In this document: positions 29,596-38,532 of the stretch, in pieces
Position numbering within the stretch: the first letter of the stretch is position 1
How the letters are laid out: every line of letters begins with the position of its first letter
NCBI GenBank assembly: GCA_964469605.1
Contig: CAYXZA010000001.1
Location: 71,274-135,273, forward strand
Reading direction: 5' to 3'
Length of the DNA stretch: 64,000 nt
Source of the DNA: an uncultured Candidatus Saccharibacteria bacterium
GTDB taxonomy: Bacteria > Patescibacteriota > Minisyncoccia > Phycocordibacterales > DATDWN01
Translations under genes and position numbers: made by a program
The notes under the pieces: generated by a model
Seen by the model: the letters and a program-made list of their open reading frames with translations, nothing else
Told to the model about the DNA's origin: nothing
Database searches by the model: none

Positions 29596-30096
29596 TTAAG
29601 GGTTTTCTACCATTTCTTGATTTTGTCTACTGAATATAGCTTCCCTACTCTTATTTGATAGATATTGAAGTGATTTGTTTTTAATTTCTGTCTTTTTCTC
29701 TTGCCACTTCTTTTTTACTTCTCTTTTTACAAGAGCTTTACCAGCTTCTTTAACACTTGTTACACCAACCAATTCTTGTGCTTCAACTTCGGCTATTCTC
29801 TTTATAACCATTGCTGTAAATGTTGGCAGTGCATTTATAACCGGTATAAATTCAATAGCTGAACATATAATACCAGTTTTATTGAAAACATTTACACCAT
29901 TTAACATAAACCAAAGATAAAAAATAAAATAAACCACAACATCTATAATTTCATTTGCAATTTCTCCAAACGGTGGAGCGAAACTTAAACCAAATTGTAA
30001 TAAATCAATAAAACCAGCAAAAGATATCATTAAAAATTTATGTTTAAATTTTTTTTCACCCCCACCATCTTCCTTTTTTGGTTTATTGTTGTCCAT
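29596..30096 (-). CDS. small polytopic membrane protein
   Basis: 166 aa with three or four TM helices, overlapping the VirB4 stop. Confidence 0.5.
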   Translation of the reverse strand: MDNNKPKKEDGGGEKKFKHKFLMISFAGFIDLLQFGLSFAPPFGEIANEIIDVVVYFIFYLWFMLNGVNVFNKTGIICSAIEFIPVINALPTFTAMVIKRIAEVEAQELVGVTSVKEAGKALVKREVKKKWQEKKTEIKNKSLQYLSNKSREAIFSRQNQEMVENP

Positions 30097-31891
30097 TTGA
30101 TTCTGATTTTGCTTTCTGAATAGCCAGTATTTGAGACGGATCAGATGTTATTATTTGATCTTCTGTATATGAAGCAATGATTTTTATTGCCACATGTTTA
30201 AGACCTGCAAAAAATATACCCTCCCCTACACTAGATTCTAGTAAAAGGTATTTTTCTTCGTCAGTAAGGTTAAATGTTTGTTGTAGTTTGTCTATAGATG
30301 TTGGACTTTGTTTCAAAAGAAGTTGAAGTGAAGAGTTTGTGATAATAGGCATACCGTATGGTGATTTTAGGAAATCATCAACATCTTGAGTTATTGTTGC
30401 TAGTCCCAAGAAATATTTTCTACCTCTTTTTGCAAGTGATAGTAAAAACGATGCTGTATCTTCGGATTTCATCATCCACCAAGCCTCGTCTATAACTAAA
30501 AGTCTTTTTCTTAGATCTTTTCTTATTTCAGCCCATATAAAGTGAGTTATGATATACATAGCTATTGGTTTTAATTCATCTTCCATATCTCTTACAGAAA
30601 AGACAATTAGTTTTTTATTTATATCTATGTTTGATGGCCTGTTTATAAAACCAGCCCAAGTTCCTTTTGTGTATTTTGTTAGTCTCTGTGCCAAAGATTC
30701 CCCTCCTTCCATACCAGATAAGACAAGTTCAAAATCTGACAAAAGTGGTGGTTCTATGTTTGTAAAATCTGAATCAGGAGTTATGTCTTTAAGAGCATAA
30801 GTTTCTGTTATTGCTCTGTCTATGATGGCATCTTCTTCTGGACTTAAACCTCCAAGCATTATCCTAAAAAGACCCACAAGGTTTATAATATTGCTTCTAA
30901 GTATATTTGCAAAAGATTCTCCTTCTGTTGGTTTTGGTAGATCAAAAGGGTTTATATGATGTTCTGAGTTTAGAGATATGTTGAAATGTCTTCCTCCAAC
31001 AGCTTCGGCCATATATTGATACTCATTTTCTGGATCAAGAATAATAATATTTGTATCAAACATCAAAGATCTTAGTATTTCTAGTTTTGTTGCATAAGAT
31101 TTTCCAGAACCGGATTTTGCAAATGTTATAGAGTTGTAGTTTTCAAGTGAAAATCTATCAAACAAAACAAGCGATGAGTTGTGTCTGTTTATTCCATACA
31201 GTATACCTTTATCAGATGTTAGGTCAAAAGAGACAAACGGAAAAAGACTTGAAAGTGGTGATGAGTTTAGTTTGCTATAAACAGAAAGTGAATCATTTCC
31301 TGTTGGGATGATTGTTTTAAATGCTTGTTCTTGTTGAAAAAGTGTAGGTTTAACATATACTAATTTGGATTCAAGTATGGATTTTATTTCAGATTCTACT
31401 TTATCGAGTTCACCGTCTGATTCTCCGTATATGGTTATATAAAGTCCAACATTAAATAGTTTTTCTTGTGCTTGTTGCAGTTGATCCCTAAGGTTCTCCA
31501 AATCTTGATATGCTGTATCTAACATAGGGTTTCTAACCAAACCTTTTTGTTCCCTTACCATTATTTGACTTTGAACCTCGGCAACTTTTTTTTGAAAACT
31601 TTTTAATGCTTGTGATGTTTCGATTGGTTCTACATATATAGCAACATCAAAAATTTTATCAAGGTTTATTATTGGTGCAAACCAACTTTCTGCCAAATAT
31701 CTAGGATATGATATAACAAAAAAACTTCTTGCTATTTTTTCACCCAAAAGTAGCTGTTTTGGTGTTATTTGTAAGGCACTAGGAGCCATAATATCTTGAA
31801 GCTCTAATGTTCCAGATTTATATATCTCTTGTGGTAAGAGAGACTCATTTTCCTTTACTTCTTCTTTTTTAAAAAAATCAAATATTGACAT
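30083..31891 (-). CDS. virB4: VirB4/TraE/PrgJ-type conjugative ATPase
   Basis: Walker A 'FAKSGSGKSY', Walker B 'RLLVIDEAWWMM'. 602 aa matches the Gram-positive-type VirB4 size. Confidence 0.8.
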   Translation of the reverse strand: MSIFDFFKKEEVKENESLLPQEIYKSGTLELQDIMAPSALQITPKQLLLGEKIARSFFVISYPRYLAESWFAPIINLDKIFDVAIYVEPIETSQALKSFQKKVAEVQSQIMVREQKGLVRNPMLDTAYQDLENLRDQLQQAQEKLFNVGLYITIYGESDGELDKVESEIKSILESKLVYVKPTLFQQEQAFKTIIPTGNDSLSVYSKLNSSPLSSLFPFVSFDLTSDKGILYGINRHNSSLVLFDRFSLENYNSITFAKSGSGKSYATKLEILRSLMFDTNIIILDPENEYQYMAEAVGGRHFNISLNSEHHINPFDLPKPTEGESFANILRSNIINLVGLFRIMLGGLSPEEDAIIDRAITETYALKDITPDSDFTNIEPPLLSDFELVLSGMEGGESLAQRLTKYTKGTWAGFINRPSNIDINKKLIVFSVRDMEDELKPIAMYIITHFIWAEIRKDLRKRLLVIDEAWWMMKSEDTASFLLSLAKRGRKYFLGLATITQDVDDFLKSPYGMPIITNSSLQLLLKQSPTSIDKLQQTFNLTDEEKYLLLESSVGEGIFFAGLKHVAIKIIASYTEDQIITSDPSQILAIQKAKSESNGQQ

Positions 31892-31893
31892 GT

Positions 31894-32532
31894 TTATTGT
31901 GTTTTAATTGGTTTTTCTGTATCCCCTGGATTAAATATCTTATAAAATAATTCTATAAGCTCTTCTGTTCCAAGACTTGCAAGTCTTAGTCCGCATCTTG
32001 ATAATCCTTGTGATACGGAGCTTATTCTTTGTTCTAGTTGAGATTTGTTTTCTTCAAAATTTTCCAACTTTCTCTTAATATCCTCTGCTGTTTCTTTTTT
32101 ACCTATTAGTGATGCTATTTTCATACTTCCACCTTGTATAATTGCTGGATTGTATTCAATAACAACAAAAAAACTTTTAGTCATTATGTTTGTTGATTCT
32201 GTAAAACTTTTTATAAAAGAAATGTATTCTTGTGTTTGTATTTTTAACAAATCATTTACCTGTTCTTTGTATCTTTCTTCTAGTAGTGCTATATACGGTC
32301 TTATATCCAGTCTTCTTGATTGTATATATATCTGCACAGGAAAATCGAGTGAGTTTAAAAAATCTTGAAATTGATAGATTATAGCCTCTCTTTCACCGTC
32401 TGATTTTAAAGAGAAGTTTAAAGATGATACTAGTAAAATAGAACGGATAGATCCGTCTTTTAAAACCAATACTCCGTCACGAACTTCTTTTATTGGTATA
32501 AAATCTTGAGTTGGTTTAGAGCTGTTTGCCAT
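31894..32532 (-). CDS. hypothetical cytoplasmic protein of the T4SS-like operon
   Basis: 212-aa ORF tightly packed between the VirB4 and PrgI-like genes. Confidence 0.5.
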   Translation of the reverse strand: MANSSKPTQDFIPIKEVRDGVLVLKDGSIRSILLVSSLNFSLKSDGEREAIIYQFQDFLNSLDFPVQIYIQSRRLDIRPYIALLEERYKEQVNDLLKIQTQEYISFIKSFTESTNIMTKSFFVVIEYNPAIIQGGSMKIASLIGKKETAEDIKRKLENFEENKSQLEQRISSVSQGLSRCGLRLASLGTEELIELFYKIFNPGDTEKPIKTQ

Positions 32533-32570
32533 AAAAAAATTATAACATATTTATTTTTTTATAAATATGT

Positions 32571-33005
32571 TTACAATTTATTTGATAAATCTTTTTTGTT
32601 TGTATTGTCTTGTTGTTTTATATCAAGACTCCAAGACAGCTCTTTTAACTTACTATCTGAAAGTTTTGGAACATAAATATCATTTGTAGATGTTTTACTT
32701 TGCTGATTTGTTACTATTTCAATTTTATCTTCTTTTTTCCAAACATATAGTTTTTTATTGAGATAAAATTTTACAGCAGACTCCAAAAGATCTTCAAACG
32801 GTTTGTCGTTGAATCTATAAAAAGCTAGTGATAGTGCTAAAACAGTTATTAAAACAAGTGCAATTAGTCCAAATATTGATGGTAATAGCTTATAAAAGAC
32901 AAAACCCATTCCAGCACCTCCTGCTAGGTAAATAAATTGCTTAAATGTTAAATTTGCAATAAGTTTGTCTTCTATCTCTATAAATTGTGGAACTTGAAAT
33001 CTCAT
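32571..33005 (-). CDS. PrgI/VirB3-like small membrane protein
   Basis: 'FIEIEDKLIANLTFKQFIYLAGGAGMGFVFY' matches the PrgI-family start (k.e.kl.g.fT.rQl..l..g), followed by two TM helices. Confidence 0.55.
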   Translation of the reverse strand: MRFQVPQFIEIEDKLIANLTFKQFIYLAGGAGMGFVFYKLLPSIFGLIALVLITVLALSLAFYRFNDKPFEDLLESAVKFYLNKKLYVWKKEDKIEIVTNQQSKTSTNDIYVPKLSDSKLKELSWSLDIKQQDNTNKKDLSNKL

Positions 33006-33014
33006 TTTTTTAAT

Positions 33015-33692
33015 TTATTCTAACGGTTCTCTATAAGGGTCGCTTGTGTATGTTTTTTGAATAAAAGGTTCTTTTGATGTTGTTGTGATGTTGTTTAGTT
33101 TTTGATTGAAATCAAAAGGTTTTGGATTTTCCTGTTTGGTCTCTGGTTTGGTTGTTTGCTGTGTGTTGTTTGTATAAACCGCATCCAATTCCCCATCTTT
33201 TTTTCCAACCTCTTTCAAAATCTCTTGCGGTTTTGTTTCTGTGGTCGGCATATCCTCCTTCTCTACTATCTGATTTTCTTTTTCTGTGAAAATTTCATCT
33301 GTAGGTAGGTTATCTGGTGGAACATCAAGAGAATTGTATACAAAATTTTCATTTTCTGAAACATTTTCTTCTTTTGGTTCTAGTATTTCTTCTATTTTTA
33401 CCAATATTGGTTTTATTATTCTTTCATTTATTTCTTCGTATAACTGGTTTGCAAGAACAGAAGAAATAACCAAATCATCTTTTAATTCATTTTTTAATTC
33501 TTCTATTTCTCCACCACCGATTAAAGTTATCCATATTTGCCTTATCATAGACTCTCTTTGGGTGTTTGATAAAGAGTATTTTAAAGCTATCTGACCTGCT
33601 GTTTGTTGCCATTTTGAAGATGTTAAAATCCTCCTGTTTTCCTCGGGTAATTCTTCTAAATATTGGTTTATAAGTAAATCAAATTCGTTCAT
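33015..33692 (-). CDS. hypothetical acidic protein
   Basis: 225-aa ORF in the operon. Confidence 0.5.
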   Translation of the reverse strand: MNEFDLLINQYLEELPEENRRILTSSKWQQTAGQIALKYSLSNTQRESMIRQIWITLIGGGEIEELKNELKDDLVISSVLANQLYEEINERIIKPILVKIEEILEPKEENVSENENFVYNSLDVPPDNLPTDEIFTEKENQIVEKEDMPTTETKPQEILKEVGKKDGELDAVYTNNTQQTTKPETKQENPKPFDFNQKLNNITTTSKEPFIQKTYTSDPYREPLE

Positions 33693-33697
33693 TTTGT

Positions 33698-36094
33698 TTA
33701 TTTATCTTTTTTACCACTGTCACGAAGTGCATCCTTTGCAGCTTTCCTCAATGCTTTAACTCTATCTTCTGATCTCATAAATACCCTACCTAATCTACCT
33801 GCTCCACTTAGATCATCGGCTTTTTTTGACAAATATCGTTGACCAGGAGTTTCTACACTACTTTTAATAATATTTCCATACCTATCCTTCTCCTCTTTTT
33901 GACCAATAACATTAAGAGCCTCTATTTCTTTTACTGTCAAAAATCTATCGGCAACAGATTTAATTTTTGCTTCTAGTTCTCTATAGCCTGATTCAGCTTT
34001 TGTTTTTGCGATTCTCTGTTCCTCCTCTGTATCTTGAAGTTCTGTTAGCTTAGCTTCTATTTCGTTCATTTTTTCTGCTGTTCGGTATATCTCTATATCT
34101 TGAAGCCTTTGTGTGATTTTAGCTATTTTACTTGTAGTTTCTCTTCTCTTATCTTTTTTCTTTGACAGTGATTGACGAAGTGCTTCTCTTTCTTGTCTTA
34201 TATTAGCTGGCATTAGTATTTCATCATATTTTGAGCTTATTTCATCTATTTGTTTTTGTATTTCCGCTATTTCAGTAGTTTGTTCTATTTCTGTAGCTTT
34301 AGTTTCTTTTAGTGTATCTGGAAGGTCATCCAAATCTTTTTTAATTTTATCAACCTCTCTTTTCTTTTCAAGAGCAGCTCTTCTTGCTGTATTAAAATCA
34401 TCTGTTGCTTTTCTTGCTTTTGCTTTTTCTACTTCAAGTTCAGCAGCACTTTCTTTCCTTAATCGTATAGCTTCAAGTCTTCTAGCTTCATCACCTTCCT
34501 CTTTAGCTTCTTTTAGCTTCTTTTCAGCTTCTTTTTTCTCTTCATCTGTTGGTTCTAGATAATCTCTAGCAAATGCTATATCCCCTTTTGTTCCCATAAT
34601 TCCTGTTCCTAAGATTCCATTTCTTTCAATTCTTCTTTTTTGTTGACCAGCAAATCCACCTTCACCAAACTTACTAAATCCTAAAACATTTCCCGCTTTG
34701 CCAAACTCAATTTCACTATAACTCTCAATATTTTTGGCGGTTGCTGTATTTCGCATATCAAATTGAGTTTCTGATGCCGTTTTCCCTAGTTTAAGCATAT
34801 TTTTTGAAAGAAAACCTTTAAAACCACCACTTTCAGCACTCCTTTTAAGTGAGTCGCTCTCCGATATAGATTTTCCAGCTCTTCCAACTGTATTTGTTAA
34901 AGCTGTGCTATAAGCACCAGCTATGGCACCACCTGCAACCCCACTGCCAAATGCAGTTGCTTTGGATATTGATTCACCTACTATTTTATGTCCTTTTTTT
35001 GCAATCTCTCTTGACTGTTTAAGTGATGTTGTTATTAAACTTATAATCATAATATAGTTTATAAGAACAGAGAGTGTTGATCCTGTTGGTTTTTCCGCAA
35101 TTTTAACAAAATCAGCACCACCATTTTCCGGTTGAAATAAAAATCCAGGAGCACTCATTATGGTAAGTATGACCCAAGTTAAAAGGAAATAAACTATTGG
35201 CCAAGTTGCTTGACCTTGTAGTGTTCCCCAAAATTGTTTGGAATATTTATCGAATGGTTTTATAAAAACAAACCCAATTGGCGATACTGCAAGTAAAACT
35301 ACGAAAGTGATGTATCTGATAATAAACATCATAGATATAACAAAAAATATAACTGCAACTATAAGCATAAGTATTGCTCCCATAACATAGATAGCTATTT
35401 GTTGTCTATTACTGATTAAAACTTTTGCTGAATCTTCTACTGAAGCTATAATTGTTTTTAGGTTTAGAAGAGATGCAAACATATTTGATATGCTTTGTGT
35501 TCCGTTGTTTGTAATAGCATTGTATAAAAATACTGTAAATATGTTTGAGATATCTATGGCAACTTTTGTAATAAATAAACTAAAATTAACCGAAAGAGCG
35601 GTCAATATAATATGGCCTATTGTTTCTGTAACATTTCCACCTAAACCAAAAATTGATTTAAAACCTTCATATAAAAGTAGGAAAATAAAAGAAAGGTTTA
35701 TAAGGTTTCTAATCATATTCCATACTGCTATTATTCCACTGGCTCCATTTTCAATATTTGAAGATATCCACTGATTATTGTTTTCTGATGTTGACCCTAT
35801 TAATGTATATTTCAATACCCAATCAAGAATTCCTCCGGATGCAACCAATATCCAATTTGCTGGTTTGAAGACTAGGAAGTACATAGTTTGGGATGATAAA
35901 AATCCAGGTAAATCTAATAATTTACTTGCGGTTGGTGAACCTTTTGCTGCCATAACCCCATTGGTTATTATTGAACTGATAAATTCAGCCTGGGCATTTG
36001 TATTTTTTGGTTGAATTAAAAAAATATTTGATGCTATGAAAAATATTATGAAAATGTTTTTTAAAAATTTTTTCATTTTGATTATGGTGTGCAA
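33698..36094 (-). CDS. VirB6/TrbL-like polytopic membrane protein with long C-terminal charged coiled coil
   Basis: Signal peptide, seven or more TM helices over ~400 aa, then a K/E/R-rich helical tail (~300 aa). Confidence 0.5.
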   Translation of the reverse strand: MHTIIKMKKFLKNIFIIFFIASNIFLIQPKNTNAQAEFISSIITNGVMAAKGSPTASKLLDLPGFLSSQTMYFLVFKPANWILVASGGILDWVLKYTLIGSTSENNNQWISSNIENGASGIIAVWNMIRNLINLSFIFLLLYEGFKSIFGLGGNVTETIGHIILTALSVNFSLFITKVAIDISNIFTVFLYNAITNNGTQSISNMFASLLNLKTIIASVEDSAKVLISNRQQIAIYVMGAILMLIVAVIFFVISMMFIIRYITFVVLLAVSPIGFVFIKPFDKYSKQFWGTLQGQATWPIVYFLLTWVILTIMSAPGFLFQPENGGADFVKIAEKPTGSTLSVLINYIMIISLITTSLKQSREIAKKGHKIVGESISKATAFGSGVAGGAIAGAYSTALTNTVGRAGKSISESDSLKRSAESGGFKGFLSKNMLKLGKTASETQFDMRNTATAKNIESYSEIEFGKAGNVLGFSKFGEGGFAGQQKRRIERNGILGTGIMGTKGDIAFARDYLEPTDEEKKEAEKKLKEAKEEGDEARRLEAIRLRKESAAELEVEKAKARKATDDFNTARRAALEKKREVDKIKKDLDDLPDTLKETKATEIEQTTEIAEIQKQIDEISSKYDEILMPANIRQEREALRQSLSKKKDKRRETTSKIAKITQRLQDIEIYRTAEKMNEIEAKLTELQDTEEEQRIAKTKAESGYRELEAKIKSVADRFLTVKEIEALNVIGQKEEKDRYGNIIKSSVETPGQRYLSKKADDLSGAGRLGRVFMRSEDRVKALRKAAKDALRDSGKKDK

Positions 36095-37533
36095 GGTGTT
36101 CCAGAACCATCGCTTAGAGTTCCGTCAGGGTTACATACAACCTTTTGTCCGTTTCCTGATGGGTCGGTTGCAACACCAAGATTGTATTTTTGTTGAGTAT
36201 TTGCAACTTCTTCATCAACCATTTCATCTATCTGTGTTCTACTGATATAGTTTCCAGGTCTAACATTTCTTATGTCTGTTACATCTGTTGTTACTGTTCC
36301 ATCTGCATTTGTCACTGGTTTTATAAACTCATCTACACCAGCTGGGATGCTGTTATCTATTCTTTCTAGGTTTCTTGCATCTTCTCTTGTCCCAAGCGAA
36401 TCTTCATCTTTGCTTAAAATTTCAGAAAGAAGTGATTTTCTTTCATCTGGTTTTTTCTGTGAGAGTCCACGAAGACCACTTACTGCACCTCCTATTGCTC
36501 TTCTAAACATTTGATTCATAAGGGCACTGGCTATTTCATTTATCTCATCTGCTATTTCTAGTTGGCTTATACTAGAACCCAAAACTTTACCAAGTTGCCC
36601 TTCTATGATTGATCCAGGTGTCACTATCTCCTTTTGATCTTCTGGACAATACTCTTCTGATGGATCATAGATGTCATAAGCTGTTATAGATGTTGTTGCT
36701 GCGGTATTTGCACCTATAAAATTACCATTATCGTCATATGGAGACCCTTGGGCCCCTGTTTCAGCTGGTTTTTGATCAACAGCATTAGGATTAGCTTCAG
36801 TTATTGTTCTCCAGCCACTATGCATACCGTCTTTTTTACATCTTTCAAAAGACATAAATCCCTTTCCCCATCCTTGCTTTTTCTCATTATTTTTTTGGTT
36901 TGATGTTATTTGGGTATAAATAAAATCTTTTGACTGATAAAATGCACCATAAGGGTTATTTTCGTCATTTTGTGTTATTTCAAACCAATCATCCCAATTA
37001 TCCATAGCATTTTCACCTATATTTTCATAATTTTTCTTTATTTTTTCAAAAGTACAAACAGGAGGCCTTGGTCCTTGAAGATATGTTTTTATAAGTGCTA
37101 TTCTAACTTGTAGTTCAAATGGTCTACAAAGTCCTATCAATTGTTTTCCAACAACATTTTCCATAAGTAGATCTCCTTGATTTATAAAAAATCTCTCCGG
37201 GTTTGTTATAAATGCAGGATTTCCTTTAAAACCATTGTTTATCCAGTTGACAGTTTCAGCTGTCATACCTTTCAATATATTTTTTGCCAATACATAAGCT
37301 ATTCCATCAAGGAAGTTATCTTTTCCAACTTGGACAACTTGACCTGTTGCTATAATAGGTTGTGTTCCAAAAGATGTTACCGGTTGTGCTATTGCGCTTA
37401 TGGTGTTTTGAGATAAGTTTGCAGGATCAATAAATACCCAAAAAGCTTCTGTTTTTTTGTTTGGATATATTAAAATAATCACAAGAAAAACAATAAAAAA
37501 TATTTTTTTTCTAAAAAAAGGATTAAAATTCAT
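36082..37533 (-). CDS. exported hypothetical protein
   Basis: 483 aa with an N-terminal anchor, overlapping the VirB6-like start. Confidence 0.5.
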   Translation of the reverse strand: MNFNPFFRKKIFFIVFLVIILIYPNKKTEAFWVFIDPANLSQNTISAIAQPVTSFGTQPIIATGQVVQVGKDNFLDGIAYVLAKNILKGMTAETVNWINNGFKGNPAFITNPERFFINQGDLLMENVVGKQLIGLCRPFELQVRIALIKTYLQGPRPPVCTFEKIKKNYENIGENAMDNWDDWFEITQNDENNPYGAFYQSKDFIYTQITSNQKNNEKKQGWGKGFMSFERCKKDGMHSGWRTITEANPNAVDQKPAETGAQGSPYDDNGNFIGANTAATTSITAYDIYDPSEEYCPEDQKEIVTPGSIIEGQLGKVLGSSISQLEIADEINEIASALMNQMFRRAIGGAVSGLRGLSQKKPDERKSLLSEILSKDEDSLGTREDARNLERIDNSIPAGVDEFIKPVTNADGTVTTDVTDIRNVRPGNYISRTQIDEMVDEEVANTQQKYNLGVATDPSGNGQKVVCNPDGTLSDGSGTPCTP

Positions 37534-37600
37534 AAAATATATATAAAATTATATAACAATCAATAATTTTTATCATCAAAAACTGTTGAAAACCAAAAAG

Positions 37601-38476
37601 TTATTTTTTTGAAAAATAATCAGACATTTTAATCATAATAATAGATATTTTCTGAGCATTTAACTCATAACTGTTTAGATATATATATGATTTCAATGGA
37701 TCATCCAAGATGTATTTTAAATTTTTAATATCTTCTTTTAGTGAATTTATAGTATTTAGATAAACTAAGTGAAGCCCGACATTATCCTCTGGCACAACTA
37801 CTTTCAGTGTCTCGTCTACCACTTTTTGATATGAGTCTATGATCGGATCAAGTTTTTTCAGTTCGTCTCTGTTACCACTTTTTATGGCATTTTGAGCTAT
37901 TTGCATTTCATTTTCTTGTTTTTTTATTGTAGCTGAGAAAAATGCTGTGTCTATCTCTTTCTCATACTGTTGTTTGGTTTGGTTTTTTGATATTTTTATG
38001 TCGTTTATATCAAACGGAACTGGTTTTGTCATTGCGACATTTTCTGTTGCATTGTTTGCTATTTGGGTTATCTGATCTGCTGTTAAGGATGTGTTGTTTT
38101 GTTTTGCATAAAGATAGTTTGTAAAAAAAGATTTTGCAAAGTTTTCTGTCATTGAGGTGTTTTCCGGCGGATTATCAGATTCTGTATTTTTTTGTGTAAA
38201 AACAAATTGGTCATTTTTCTCATTGCTGTCATCTGTCCCGTCTCCGTCGGTATCTTTTTTATTTGGATCAAATCCTAAAAGAGATTCCTCCCAGTCTTTT
38301 AAACCATCTCCGTCGCTATCTAACTCTGTTTCTCTTGCTATTTGAGTCTTGATCTCGGTTACTTTTGTTTCTTGTTTAAAATTTTGTTGTTTTTTGTATA
38401 TTAGAGTTGAAACAATAACTGCCAAACAGATTATAAAAATGGCTATAACTTTTGAATGAGTGTAAAACATATACAA
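37601..38476 (-). CDS. membrane-anchored protein with calcium-binding (thrombospondin-type-3-like) Asp repeats; first gene of operon
   Basis: N-terminal TM, then 'DSDGDGLKDWEE...DPNKKDTDGDGTDDSNE' DxDxDG repeats. Confidence 0.5.
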   Translation of the reverse strand: MYMFYTHSKVIAIFIICLAVIVSTLIYKKQQNFKQETKVTEIKTQIARETELDSDGDGLKDWEESLLGFDPNKKDTDGDGTDDSNEKNDQFVFTQKNTESDNPPENTSMTENFAKSFFTNYLYAKQNNTSLTADQITQIANNATENVAMTKPVPFDINDIKISKNQTKQQYEKEIDTAFFSATIKKQENEMQIAQNAIKSGNRDELKKLDPIIDSYQKVVDETLKVVVPEDNVGLHLVYLNTINSLKEDIKNLKYILDDPLKSYIYLNSYELNAQKISIIMIKMSDYFSKK

Positions 38477-38532
38477 ATAAATTCTAACATAATATATAAT
38501 GTAAATATACTTATTTTATTAACAATTTTTCT

